Below the pieces are notes generated by a model. That model was not told the origin of the DNA, searched no databases, and saw only the letters and a program-made list of their open reading frames with translations. Made by a program: the position numbers and the translations under genes. A stretch of 64,000 bases of DNA from an uncultured Actinomycetes bacterium (GTDB taxonomy: Bacteria; Actinomycetota; Thermoleophilia; Solirubrobacterales; 70-9): contig CAWCQE010000023.1 in assembly GCA_963797665.1 (NCBI GenBank), positions 219,845 to 283,844 on the forward strand, given 5' to 3'. Below, piece by piece: positions 52,933-62,184 of this stretch. Numbering within the stretch: position 1 is the first letter of the stretch; each line of letters starts with the position of its first letter.

Positions 52933-53292
52933 GTGGAGCTCGGTGTTGAAGCGACCCCGATCGGCGATGGTCACGCGCTGCTCATCGCCGTTAGCGGCGA
53001 GCTTGACCTTTCGACCTGTGATCAGCTGAAGCCGGCCGCCGACGAGGCGGTCTTTGGACACCGGCCGCTGATCCTCGACCTCTCTGGCTGCACGTTCATC
53101 GACTCGAGCGGGCTGCGTCTCGTCCTGCAGGTTGCCAACGGCCTCGCCGGGGACGAGGTGCCGATGGCGGTCATTGCCGAGTCCAACGTCCGCAAGATGT
53201 TCTCGCTTACGGCGATCGACCAGACGATCCCGCTGTTCGACACCCGCCAGGAAGCCCTCGTGTGGCTCGAGGGGAAGCCGGCGGCGAGCTGA
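52933..53292 (+). CDS. STAS-domain anti-sigma-factor antagonist
   Basis: LLIAVSGELDLSTCDQLKPAADEAV..RPLILDLSGCTFIDSSGLRLVLQVANGL; divergent from the RsbW-like gene. Confidence 0.7.
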   Translation: MELGVEATPIGDGHALLIAVSGELDLSTCDQLKPAADEAVFGHRPLILDLSGCTFIDSSGLRLVLQVANGLAGDEVPMAVIAESNVRKMFSLTAIDQTIPLFDTRQEALVWLEGKPAAS

Positions 53293-53539
53293 AACGTCTC
53301 GCACTGGTCGATCAGGTCCGACCATTCCGCAACCACCTCGGGACGCAATTGCTCGGGAGCCGCTCGGCGAGCGCGTGGACTCGCCGCCCCGCGTTTAGGT
53401 ATCGAGAGTTTCGGAAGCTCCTCCTTGGCTTGGCCGGTCGGAGAACCCACTCTCCGTCGCGGGACGACCGACAGCCAAGCTGCACTGGAGCCCTGGGCCC
53501 CCGGGGCTCCAGCTACGTCTGCGCGATGCCGCCCTCACC

Positions 53540-53592
53540 AACGCCGGGCTGCGGAAGTACGCAGCGCTTCTGCTTTGCGCGAAAAGCAGAAG
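53540..53592. repeat. Ghost 3' end of an NTF2-paralog gene (…NAGLRKY) plus perfect 26-bp hairpin repeat
   Basis: GCCGGGCTGCGGAAGTAC matches the GCCGGGCTGCGGGAGTA(A/G) gene ends at 48705/50047/61590, followed by CTTCTGCTTTGCGCGAAAAGCAGAAG (53567-53592). Confidence 0.55.
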
Positions 53593-53899
53593 TCACGCCT
53601 GCAGCCGCACCGCTCAACAATCCGTGCGTGTAGCGAGAAACGAATCGGCCTCCCGATCTGCACTCACGACCGGTACCGCTTTTGGGACCGACTGCCGTGT
53701 CCGATGCGTCCAGATCGTCCACGCTCGGGGACGATGGGGACGCGAGGGACGCCCACGGACGCATCTACACCGATTGCCGCCCGGCTGGGGGCCGAAAGGT
53801 CGCCGGTTCAGATCCGGCCGCCCCGACTATGCGAAAGCCCGCTTCCGAAGCGGGCTGTCGGCATGTCGGCCGGTCCTGTGATCCGCCGGCGAAGGGCTC

Positions 53900-54266
53900 G
53901 TGGTACCAGCCGTGGTACCGGGCGGGGAGGCCGGCGACCCTCGGCGCGCGATAGTTACGCTCTGCTCGTGGAGCGGAGGGAGATCCTTCAGGCCGCCCCG
54001 TTCGGGGAGCGCATTCGCGGAGCAGGAGCTGGACGAGCTCGCCGAGTACTTCGTGGAGACGGATAAGTGGCGCCGGTTGTACGCGGGCGACGTGGACATT
54101 GTCTACGGGCCAAAGGGCTCCGGGAAAAGCGCCCTCTACTCGCTGCTGGTCATCAAGCAGCAGGGAGTTATTCGATCGCGGCATCCTGATCGTCCCGGCG
54201 GAGCCTGCGACGGTGACCAGCCCGGCACACGCGTCCACCTCTTCGCGCCGCGACCGCCTGGCGTGA
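53900..54266 (+). pseudogene. Truncated P-loop NTPase (N-terminal Walker A fragment only)
   Basis: ...AFAEQELDELAEYFVETDKWRRLYAGDVDIVYGPKGSGKSALYSLLVIKQQG...(shift) ELFDRGILIVPAEPATV... then stop; only about 100 codons of an ATPase, no downstream continuation. Confidence 0.3.
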
Positions 54267-54298
54267 TCTCCGCCCCAGGCGGGTAGCGGAGCCTCCGA

Positions 54299-55288
54299 AT
54301 GACCGGGTTCCTGCTCGCGGCGGCATTCGCGCTGATTGTCGGCGGCGCGATCCTGTTCACGAACGCGATCGAGTGGGCGGGCAAGCGTCTCGACCTCGGT
54401 GAGGGAGCCGTGGGGAGCCTGCTGGCCGCAGTCGGTACGGCCCTGCCGGAGTCGGTGATTCCCGTTGTCGCGGTGCTCGCGGGCGGCGAGTCCGAGGAGG
54501 TCGCGATCGGCGCCATCGTCGGCGCCCCGTTCATGCTGGGCACGGTCGCCATGCTGCTGGTCGGCGCCAGTGCGCTGGCGTTCCGCCGATCGCGAAGCAG
54601 CGGCTCGGAAGTGACCCCCGACGAGCGCTCTCTGCGTCGCGACCTCCACCTCTTTCTACCCTGCTTCGCCATCGGCCTCGCCCTCGGGCTGATCGACTCG
54701 ATGCCCGTTCACATCGCCGGGGCGGTCGGGTTGCTGATCGCCTACGCAGCCTACGTCCGGCGGACGGTCCGACACAGCGGCGAGAGCGAGGACGCGGACG
54801 AGCTCAGGCCGCTCACGTTCGACCCCACCAAGGAAGACCCGCCTCGCAACGTCGCGATCGTCGCCCAGGTCGTTTTCGGGCTGTTGATGATTGTCGGCGG
54901 CGCCGAGCTCTTCGTCGAGGAGGTCGTGACAGTCGCCGAGGCGCTCGGCATCTCCGCCCTGGTGCTTTCCCTCGTGCTCGCGCCGCTCGCGACCGAACTC
55001 CCGGAGAAGCTCAACAGCGTGATCTGGATGCGCCGCGACAAGGACACCTTGGCGGTCGGCAACATCACCGGGGCGATGGCGTTTCAGTCCACCGTGCCGG
55101 TCGCCCTCGGTCTCGTGGCGACCGACTGGGACCTCGACCGGTTCGCGCTCGCCGCCGGAGTCGCTGGCCTCGTCGGCGGCGCGCTGGCCCTGTGGCGGCT
55201 CCCGAAGGACAGGCTGGGAGCACCGGTGGTAGTCGCCTGGAGCGCCCTGTTCGTCGGCTTCGTCGCCTTCGCCGCGCTGAGCCCCTAA
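54299..55288 (+). CDS. Ca2+:cation antiporter (CaCA) family sodium/calcium exchanger (YrbG-like)
   Basis: Two alpha-repeat regions GSLLAAVGTALPES... and ...SLVLAPLATELPEKLNSVIW (conserved GTxLPE motifs), 10 TM helices. Confidence 0.8.
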   Translation: MTGFLLAAAFALIVGGAILFTNAIEWAGKRLDLGEGAVGSLLAAVGTALPESVIPVVAVLAGGESEEVAIGAIVGAPFMLGTVAMLLVGASALAFRRSRSSGSEVTPDERSLRRDLHLFLPCFAIGLALGLIDSMPVHIAGAVGLLIAYAAYVRRTVRHSGESEDADELRPLTFDPTKEDPPRNVAIVAQVVFGLLMIVGGAELFVEEVVTVAEALGISALVLSLVLAPLATELPEKLNSVIWMRRDKDTLAVGNITGAMAFQSTVPVALGLVATDWDLDRFALAAGVAGLVGGALALWRLPKDRLGAPVVVAWSALFVGFVAFAALSP

Positions 55289-55367
55289 CTGCGCTTGAGC
55301 TGAATCGAGATTGAAATGGCGCGAAGAAAGGAGCGCAGCCCTGGAATGCGTGCGGGGCCGGAGACGC

Positions 55368-57013
55368 TCAGGCGATCCGGTGGTCGAACACCGTCTCCAG
55401 CCGCGCCCCCTCGGCCTGGGGGTCGTGCACAGTCTTCGAGATAGTGAGACTCGCCTCACGCCCCTCGAGGCTCAGGGTCGCGATCTGGTTGTCGAAATAG
55501 GGGCCGCCGGCGAAGCGCCAGCGGATGCCCGCATCCTCGACCCCCGCCGCACCGGCGAGCATGCGGAGGAGCAACTCCGCGGGCCGCGTCGTCGCGGCCC
55601 TCACTGCGCGGCGCTCGTGCGCGTCCAGGGCCTTGCGAAACGGCGAGCACACCGCCTGATAGACGGCGCTGCTCACGTTCGCATCGCGCCGAAACGCCAC
55701 CTCCGCGAGGAACGCGTGGTGGACATCGCCGGAGAGAAGGCAGATTGAGGCCGGAGGGCGGCCACGCGCGCCGGAGCCCACCTCCTCGAGCAGACGGGCG
55801 AGTCGCGTGAACGAGCGCTGAAAGGCGCCCCAGTGGTCGCAGTCGACCGCGCGCCTCATCCGCTCGCCTACCGCCGCCACCGCATTCCCCCAGGCCCCGC
55901 CGCAGATCGCCTCGTTCCAGGCCTCCAGGTAATGGAGGCCGGGCGCGAGCAGGAAGGGATCTGAGGTCCCGATCAGCAGGTGGTCGAAGTCGCCGCGCAC
56001 CTTTTCCTGGACCCAGTCCCACTCCTCCTCATCGAAGATCGAGCGGCGGCCTTCCTCCAGGACGCGGCCCGTACGCACGTCCATCACGATGAGCCGCGTC
56101 GAGCCCAGATCGCGGTAGTAGCTCCACCGCTTCCCCTCTCGCTCACGATCCTCCTTGGCGGCGTACTCCCGCAAAATGGGCCCGGCGTCGTCGAGTTCGC
56201 GAACCTTCCGGTATAGGTGGTTTTGCTCTAGCTCGCGTGGCGAGAGGTTGCCAATGAATTGGTAGATCCAGTACGACACGAGTCCGGCGACCACGCGCTC
56301 GGGCCACCACGCCAGATCGCGCATGTCCTCGAGCCAGGAGCGGGAGATGTTCCAATCGTCGTGCATGTCGTGATCGTCGATCACCATCGCGATCGAGGTC
56401 GTCGAGAAGAGCCACCGAATCACTGGATCGCCCCACGACTCCAGGTAAAGACGGGTGTACTCCTCGAAGTCGGCGACCTCCTCCCCGGGGGGCGGGTCGT
56501 GTCCCTTCTTAAGCGGATGAAGTCGAGCGCCTGCGGCGAGACCTCGTCCGCGTACACCTGGTCGCCGAGCAGGAGCACGAGCTCCGGCCAGCGATCTGGC
56601 TGCGACTCGATCATCGACAGCGCGAGGGTGTGGAGGGCGTCCAGGCCGCGGCCGCGTTCGTCCTCGTCCTTCGGAAGGGTGTACGGGGGGTGATGGGGGA
56701 GCGCCGCCCGGCAGGAGCCAAAGATGATGTCGGTTCGCGCGTTCGGGTCGACGGTGCGGATGATGCTGCGCGGAAGCTCAGAGCCGGGATCGGGCCAGCG
56801 CGGCTCGCCGTCTAGAGAGACGCCGTACTCGTAGGCGGTCCCCGGCTCGAGACCGTCGATGCAGACGAGCGCGTAATGATGCCCTTCGACCCCGAACGTG
56901 GGGGTGCGGTGGCCGAGCGCCTCGACCTCGCACGGCCCGTCCGTCTCCACCCACAGGACGGCCTCCGTGTCCGAGACGTATCGCAAGACGGGGCCGAGGA
57001 GAAGCTCGGGCAT
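55368..57013 (-). CDS. PhoD-like alkaline phosphatase / metallophosphatase; one apparent frameshift near 56470
   Basis: N-terminal beta-sandwich (…VLWVETDGPCEVEALGH…), LLLGDQVYADE, MVIDDHDMHDDWN, ...GDVHHAFLAEV... PhoD metallophosphatase motifs across ORFs 56420..57316 and 55368..56423. Confidence 0.7.
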
Positions 57014-57126
57014 GCTCTGGTTGATACCCGGATCCGTCCGAGTCACCCGCCGGCCCGACAACATCCCCGAAACCCGCCCACCGGCCGAACGTGGCTGCCG
57101 TCCGACCTCTCCGCTGAGCGAACCCG

Positions 57127-57486
57127 GTGAGGGCGAGGCGACCGGCGAGGAGTCGAACACCTGCCCTCCTGTCGCGGTACACCCCCATCGAGCTCTTCTA
57201 CCGCAACCAGGGCGAGGAGAACTCGGGCTACCTGACCAACTCGTTCCTGACCTCGATCGCCGAGGCGGCGGGGGTAAAGGACATCGACAAGTGGAACAGC
57301 GATCGGCAGGACTCAAGGTGGGATGCGGTTCTGTCGAAGAACAGTACCGAGGCTCAGAATCTTGGCTTCACCGGCACCCCGTCGATCCTCGTCCAGGGAC
57401 CGGGCGGGCGTAAGCCCTTCGCGGCGATCCCGACGTTCTCGCAGATCCAGACCGCGGTCAAGGCTGTCCGGCAACGACCCGATTGA
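57127..57486 (+). pseudogene. C-terminal fragment of a DsbA-like thioredoxin-fold protein (CxxC-containing N-terminus missing)
   Basis: ...YTPIELFYRNQGEENSGYLTNSFLTSIAEAAGVKDIDKWNSDRQDSRWDAVLSKNSTEAQNLGFTGTPSILVQG... corresponds to the helical insert and C-terminal beta-strand region of DsbA-like proteins; no upstream thioredoxin motif. Confidence 0.4.
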
Positions 57487-57506
57487 GGGAGTCGGCAGCC
57501 GCAGGG

Positions 57507-57531
57507 CTGTCGCTTTGCGCGAAAGCAGAAG
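57507..57531. repeat. 26-bp palindromic hairpin repeat copy (degenerate left arm)
   Basis: CTGTCGCTTTGCGCGAAAGCAGAAG immediately after the DsbA-fragment stop. Confidence 0.5.
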
Positions 57532-57836
57532 TTTCCACTCACTCTATTGTCCGACCGCTTCGCAGCTCCGGAGTGAGCGGTCTGAACCTTGGGTTGTTGT
57601 CGCCGAGACCAGCCGCGTATGGCCCCGACCCGCCACAGAGAGAGCGCGCCAGCCACCATCAGCAACAGCCGACGGCCCGAGCAAGCCACGCATTCGCCAC
57701 GGCGCGCTGGCTCACCTCGTTGATCTCGCCGACCGCTAGCTCGAGCAGCGTCTCGTCATGCAAGAGGGGCAGCTTGACGGTTGCGTTAGGACGGCAGGTA
57801 TACGTAGGCGGCCCGAGGTCGGGTAGACAGTAACCC

Positions 57837-59425
57837 ATCCGACCGCTTCGCCTCTACCTGACCCTCTCCGGGGGAGCATCGCTGGGCGCCTACGAGGCTG
57901 GGGCCGCGGCCGGCCTCGCCCTGGCAACGCGCTATCTCGACGCCGAGGAGGGCCAGGAGGTCACCGTCGATGCGATCGGCGGTGCGTCCGCGGGTGCGCT
58001 GGTGAGCTTCTTCACCGCCCACGCCCTACTCGAGGGTCTCGATCCCGAGGCGCTCCTGCACGAGACGTGGGTCGAGCGCGTCACGCTGCCGTTGCTCCGC
58101 GCCAAAGACTCCAACGCGCTGCTCTCCTTCGACGAGCTCCGCGAGCGCGTGCCGGAGGTGCTCGCCTCCGACGGGCCGGCGGCCGCCGATCGCGACGGCA
58201 TCGACTACCGCCAGCGGCGCCCGCTCGCCCTGCACGTGCAGGTCACCGGCCTGCGCGGCCTCACCTATTCGATCCAGGGCCTGCGCCAAGACGCGCCGGT
58301 GACGGGCGCGACCTACGCCGACTGGGGTCGGTTCGAGCTTCGCCCGGGCGGCGGATCGCAGCAGATGCTCGAGCCGGAGGGTCGCTCGCCCTGGACTTCG
58401 TCCTCGCGTCCGCCGCGAGCCCTGGGGGCTTCGCGCCGGAGCTACTCGACCGCCGCCCGGACGTTCCAACCTACGAGCAGCATGGGATCGAGGACTTTCC
58501 CGACTCCGGGCACCTGTGGTACACGGACGGTGGGCTGCTTGGCACGCGGCCGCTCGGTCGCGTGATCGCCGCCGGTCAGGAGCTCCACGGCGTCGATGAG
58601 CGCGCCCACCGTCTCCACCTGCTGATCGACCCGCGCTCCGAGAACGCCGCGCTCGACACGTGGAGCGACCCGGACGCCGACCCCAGCTGGCAGACCGGCG
58701 CCTCGCGCGCCCTCGCCATCCTGTCCGAGCAGAGCCTCTTCGACGACATGCGCCGGATCGCGGAGGAGAACGCGAGGATCGAGTGGGTCGAGCGGCTCGC
58801 GGAGAGGCTGGCCCCCAGGCTCGATGACGACGCCGCCTCCGCCCTGCGAGAGTTCATCGCCGAGGTCGAGTCCGACAGCCCGGAAGGGCACGGCGGAGAT
58901 GGGGAGACCCGGGACGGCGACCTCACCACGCTCCTGGGCCGTGCGCTACGAGAGATCGGCGGCCTCGTCGGTAAGGAGCGAGTCTCGATCGATGTGATCT
59001 CGCCCTTGGTTCTGGCCGGCAGCGGAGACGAGGAGGTCGGCGCCCTTTTGGCCGGAGAGTTCATGGGAGATTTCGGCGGCTTCCTCAGCCGCAACCTGCG
59101 CGCGAGCGACTTCGCGCTCGGCTACCAGAGCACGATCGCATGGCTGGACCGGGGGTTGCCCGCCTGCGGGGTGGACGAGGAGACCGTGCGCCGGACGGTG
59201 GAGTTCGTCGAGTCAAAGCGCCGCTACGACCCCGACGAGATCCGAAGCGGAGAAGCCGAACTCTCCGACCTCTCACTCACCGACCGGTTCGAGCTCGTGC
59301 GCCTTGGCACCCACGCCGCCAGGGTGCTCGGCGCCGGGATCTTCGACGTGCGCTCGCGCATCCCCGACTCCCTCGGCCGCGCGATCGAGCGGACGCGGGA
59401 GCGACTGTCGGGGGGCGGAAGCTAG
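57837..59425 (+). CDS. Patatin-like phospholipase family protein (about 530 aa); no canonical start codon in frame, one apparent frameshift near 58390
   Basis: LYLTLSGGASLGAYEAG (oxyanion GG/SGG block), GxSxG nucleophile IGGASAGAL, DGG catalytic-Asp motif LWYTDGGLLGTRPLGRVI; long C-terminal helical extension. Confidence 0.6.
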
Positions 59426-59484
59426 ACGGCTCGGCGCTGCCATTCCGCGCACGTCATTGCCACCATCGCTAGGCGATCGGCCGG

Positions 59485-59829
59485 CTAGGACTCGGTTTCG
59501 CCCCTGCTGGTGAGCGGCTGCGCCGCCCAGAACCAGCTAAAGAGGATCACGGCACCGACCATCGCCGCCGCCAGAAACGCAAGCCCCGCGATCGAGAGCG
59601 AATTGGAGACGAGGAGGACATGCTCCTTGTCCTTTTGGCGGAAGTGGAGGCGATGCCATGCAGACGGGGCGATCAGGAGCACTGACGCCACCGCCGTGGC
59701 GCACAGGGTGCCGAAGAACGGTGCCCGCTGGAAGGAGGTGGTGGAGGTGAATCCCTGGGCCAAGCGGGCGTAAAGCGGGTCTCCCAGCGCCGCGTCGCTG
59801 CTCTCAGAACCCGCATCAGCTTCAACCAT
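59485..59829 (-). CDS. Small membrane protein (2-3 TM), unknown function
   Basis: Hydrophobic segments FFGTLCATAVASVLLIAPSAW and LSIAGLAFLAAAMVGAVILFSWFWA; 114 aa. Confidence 0.4.
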   Translation of the reverse strand: MVEADAGSESSDAALGDPLYARLAQGFTSTTSFQRAPFFGTLCATAVASVLLIAPSAWHRLHFRQKDKEHVLLVSNSLSIAGLAFLAAAMVGAVILFSWFWAAQPLTSRGETES

Positions 59830-59848
59830 TCCGCTTTAACCTCCGCCG

Positions 59849-60181
59849 ATGGACTGGGCACAGCTGCCCTTCGGCACGCGGGAACACCGCGTCGCGTTCA
59901 ACGAGGCGGCATGCCGGCATCTCAACGAGCGCAAGGCGCAATGGATCGACCACGGACTACCGACCGCCGGCTTCCGATGTGAGTGCGGAACCATGCACTG
60001 CGGTTCTCGGTTTCGCCTCTCTCAAGAGCATTGGGATGAGGCGCGGGCGCGAGCTGACCGCTTCATGGTCGCGCCCGAGCATGTCGCACCGGATGTAGAG
60101 GTGGTGGTCAAGGAGTACCCCGAGTTCTGGCTCGTCGAGAAGCGGGGCGAGGCCGAGGAGATCGTCGAGGATCTGGAGTAA
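59849..60181 (+). CDS. Zinc-ribbon-like small protein, paralog A (CEC-x4-C family, unknown function)
   Basis: ...AFNEAACRHLNERKAQW...FRCECGTMHCGSRFRLSQEHWDEARARADRFMVAPEHVAPDVEVVVKEYPEFWLVEKRGEAEEI aligns along full length with 61186..61521. Confidence 0.5.
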   Translation: MDWAQLPFGTREHRVAFNEAACRHLNERKAQWIDHGLPTAGFRCECGTMHCGSRFRLSQEHWDEARARADRFMVAPEHVAPDVEVVVKEYPEFWLVEKRGEAEEIVEDLE

Positions 60182-60662
60182 CGCCCTCGTCGTTCGCCTT
60201 GGCGCGGAAGATCCGGTTAACCCACTAAGCCCATTGCGGCGATGTGAAGCGCACCCTCGTTGGGTTGCGGGCTACTACACAGGTGCCAACTCCACGGGCG
60301 TTCACAGGCCACCGCGTACGAAACTGCCGTAGCGGGCGGATTCCGGCCAGTGGCGCGGGTAGCCTCCGGGCACGGGGTACGGAGGATGAGCGTTCATAGC
60401 TACCGCCTCACCTGTCGAGGCGTATTGTCGCCGTACGTGATTCTCGAGTTGTTTCGGCGCGGCGTCTACCGCGCTTGGGGCGGTCCCGAGCGTCCGGCGT
60501 GGTAGCCAGGAATGGTTGCCGGCGAGCGCTGACGGCCTCTGGCATCCAACGCGAGCGATGCAGACATCCGGTCCTTCTTGAACGTGGCTTGTTCCGCTCG
60601 GACCAGCCTCGCTCACGCCCGTCAATTTCGCGGGATAGAGTGGGCTCACGTGTTCCTGAGCG

Positions 60663-60688
60663 CTTCTGCTTTTCGCGCAAAGCAGGAG
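60663..60688. repeat. 26-bp palindromic hairpin repeat copy (inverted orientation, loop TCGCGC)
   Basis: CTTCTGCTTTTCGCGCAAAGCAGGAG = reverse complement of the consensus with 1 mismatch. Confidence 0.55.
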
Positions 60689-60775
60689 CGCGACTCTAGG
60701 CGAGGGCTCAGCCGCTCCCTCTTCCCCTTAACGCAGGCGTTCGAAGGACGGCCGCCGCGGGTACCGGAGCCAGTG

Positions 60776-61135
60776 ATGGCCATCAGGCTGGAACTGGAGC
60801 CGGGGCCGGAGGCCGGGCACCAAGCGCGCGACGAGGTTCGCTATCTCCTCCGCGACCGGGTAGACGACGGCTTGCTAACCGACTTGCAGCTGATCGTCAG
60901 CGAGCTCGTGACGAACTCGGTGCGGTACGGACCGGGCGAGACAATCGAGGTTGGGATCGCGGTTGCTGAGGGTGGTTCGATCACGGGCGAGGTCGAGGAC
61001 CACGGCAGGGGTGAAGTCGCGATGCGTGAGATCACTGACGAGGGCGGTGGCTTTGGCTTGCGGATCGTCGACGCCCTGGCGAGCCGCTGGGGCGTCCATG
61101 AAGGCAGCACCCAGGTGTGGTTCGAGCTCAGCTGA
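60776..61135 (+). CDS. RsbW/SpoIIAB-like anti-sigma factor (HATPase_c Ser/Thr kinase)
   Basis: MAIRLELEPGPEAGHQARDEVRYLLRD...LTDLQLIVSELVTNSVRYGPGETIEVGIAVAEGGSITGEVEDHGRGEV...GGGFGLRIVDALASRWGV (N, G1, G2 boxes of GHKL kinases). Confidence 0.65.
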   Translation: MAIRLELEPGPEAGHQARDEVRYLLRDRVDDGLLTDLQLIVSELVTNSVRYGPGETIEVGIAVAEGGSITGEVEDHGRGEVAMREITDEGGGFGLRIVDALASRWGVHEGSTQVWFELS

Positions 61136-61185
61136 GCCCCCTAGCCCGACCCGCGCTTAGAACCGGACGGGGGTAGCCTCTGTGC

Positions 61186-61521
61186 ATGGCCGGAGAGCGC
61201 GAGCGGCGGCTGGGGGAGAACGAGACCATCTTCCGGGCTGCCAACGAGCGCATGGCAAGCTGGGAGGAACGAGACCGCCTCGAAGCGGTCGAGCTCTACT
61301 TCTGTGAGTGCGCCGACCCGACCTGCACGCAGAAGGTCAGGCTACGCGGCTCCGACTACGAGCGGGTGCGCGGTGATCCGACCCACTTCTTCGTCGTGCC
61401 CGGGCACGAGGTCGCGGATGTGGAAGCGGTGCTCGAGTCGCACTCGGATTGGGTCCTTGTCGAGAAGGATGAGGCCGAGGCCCGCGACGTAGCCGAGGAA
61501 ACGGACCCCCGGCAGGACTAG
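61186..61521 (+). CDS. Zinc-ribbon-like small protein, paralog B (CEC-x4-C family, unknown function)
   Basis: ...ETIFRAANERMASWEERDRLEAVELYFCECADPTCTQKVRLRGSDYERVRGDPTHFFVVPGHEVADVEAVLESHSDWVLVEKDEAEARD; shares CEC...C, F.V.P.H..DVE.V and W.LVEK blocks with paralog A. Confidence 0.5.
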   Translation: MAGERERRLGENETIFRAANERMASWEERDRLEAVELYFCECADPTCTQKVRLRGSDYERVRGDPTHFFVVPGHEVADVEAVLESHSDWVLVEKDEAEARDVAEETDPRQD

Positions 61522-61550
61522 GCCACACCCCTCAGCGGGGTGGCGCGCAG

Positions 61551-61575
61551 CTTCCGCGTCTCGCGCAAAGCAGAG
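61551..61575. repeat. 26-bp hairpin repeat copy (inverted orientation, degenerate) serving as 3' element of the minus-strand NTF2 gene
   Basis: CTTCCGCGTCTCGCGCAAAGCAGAG; on the minus strand follows ...CTGCGGGAGTAG (…GLRE*). Confidence 0.5.
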
Positions 61576-61580
61576 TGGCG

Positions 61581-61979
61581 CTACTCCCGCAGCCCGGCGG
61601 CTTCGAGGGCCTCGTCCCGGCTCGGATATTCCGTGATCTTCAGGATCTTGCCGTCCTCGACGCTGAACACTCGAAACAGGTCCGTGTGAATCCAGGTCTG
61701 CGCGTCGCTGCCCTTCAGGCCGCGTCCCGCTACCCGCTCTACGGTGACGACACAATCTCCGGCTTCGATCATCTCGTCGGCTTCGACCCGGTACTCGTCG
61801 TACGAGTCGGACAACGAATCGAGGAATCGCGTGATCTCGTCGATTCCCTGGAAGGTCCCCGAGCCGCCAACGAGCACCAGCTGTATTTCTGGGTGCCAGA
61901 TTTCGTGGAGAGTGGACCAGTCTCTCGCGCCCCGCGCGGCGACATCTCGCCGCACGACCTCCACGTTCCCCTGCGACAT
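61581..61979 (-). CDS. NTF2/SnoaL-like (ketosteroid-isomerase-fold) small protein, intact paralog
   Basis: MSQGNVEVVRRDVAARGARDWSTLHEIWHPEIQLVLVGGSGTFQGIDEITRFLDSLSDSYDEYRVEADEMIEAGDCVVTVERVAGRGLKGSDAQTWIHTDLFRVFSVEDGKILKITEYPSRDEALEAAGLRE*. Confidence 0.65.
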   Translation of the reverse strand: MSQGNVEVVRRDVAARGARDWSTLHEIWHPEIQLVLVGGSGTFQGIDEITRFLDSLSDSYDEYRVEADEMIEAGDCVVTVERVAGRGLKGSDAQTWIHTDLFRVFSVEDGKILKITEYPSRDEALEAAGLRE

Positions 61980-62184
61980 CGCCTACGCAGTATCTCGCTC
62001 TTGCGAATCGGTCGCGGCGTTTTTGCGCGGCGCAGGCGCAGAGTGAGCCGGGCGCCAGTCCAAGAAATAAGCGGACCCTTACCAAGAGCCGCAGCCACCG
62101 AGCGGGCGAGTTCCTGGACAGTCGGGACCGCGATGCGGAACGACGTGGCCGGCCGCGAGATGCTTAGCATGGCCGTACCTCGAC

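Noticed and set aside
53425-54066. 213-aa + ORF (MAWPVGEPTLRRGTTDSQAALEP…) spanning the hairpin and NTF2 ghost
   Set aside because: Its translation runs through a palindromic repeat and is low-complexity. The region is better explained as a gene remnant plus repeat.
48729-61575. Hairpin repeats as a CRISPR array
   Set aside because: The copies are irregularly spaced (0.3-4 kb), in both orientations, and separated by genes rather than short unique spacers. No cas genes are present.
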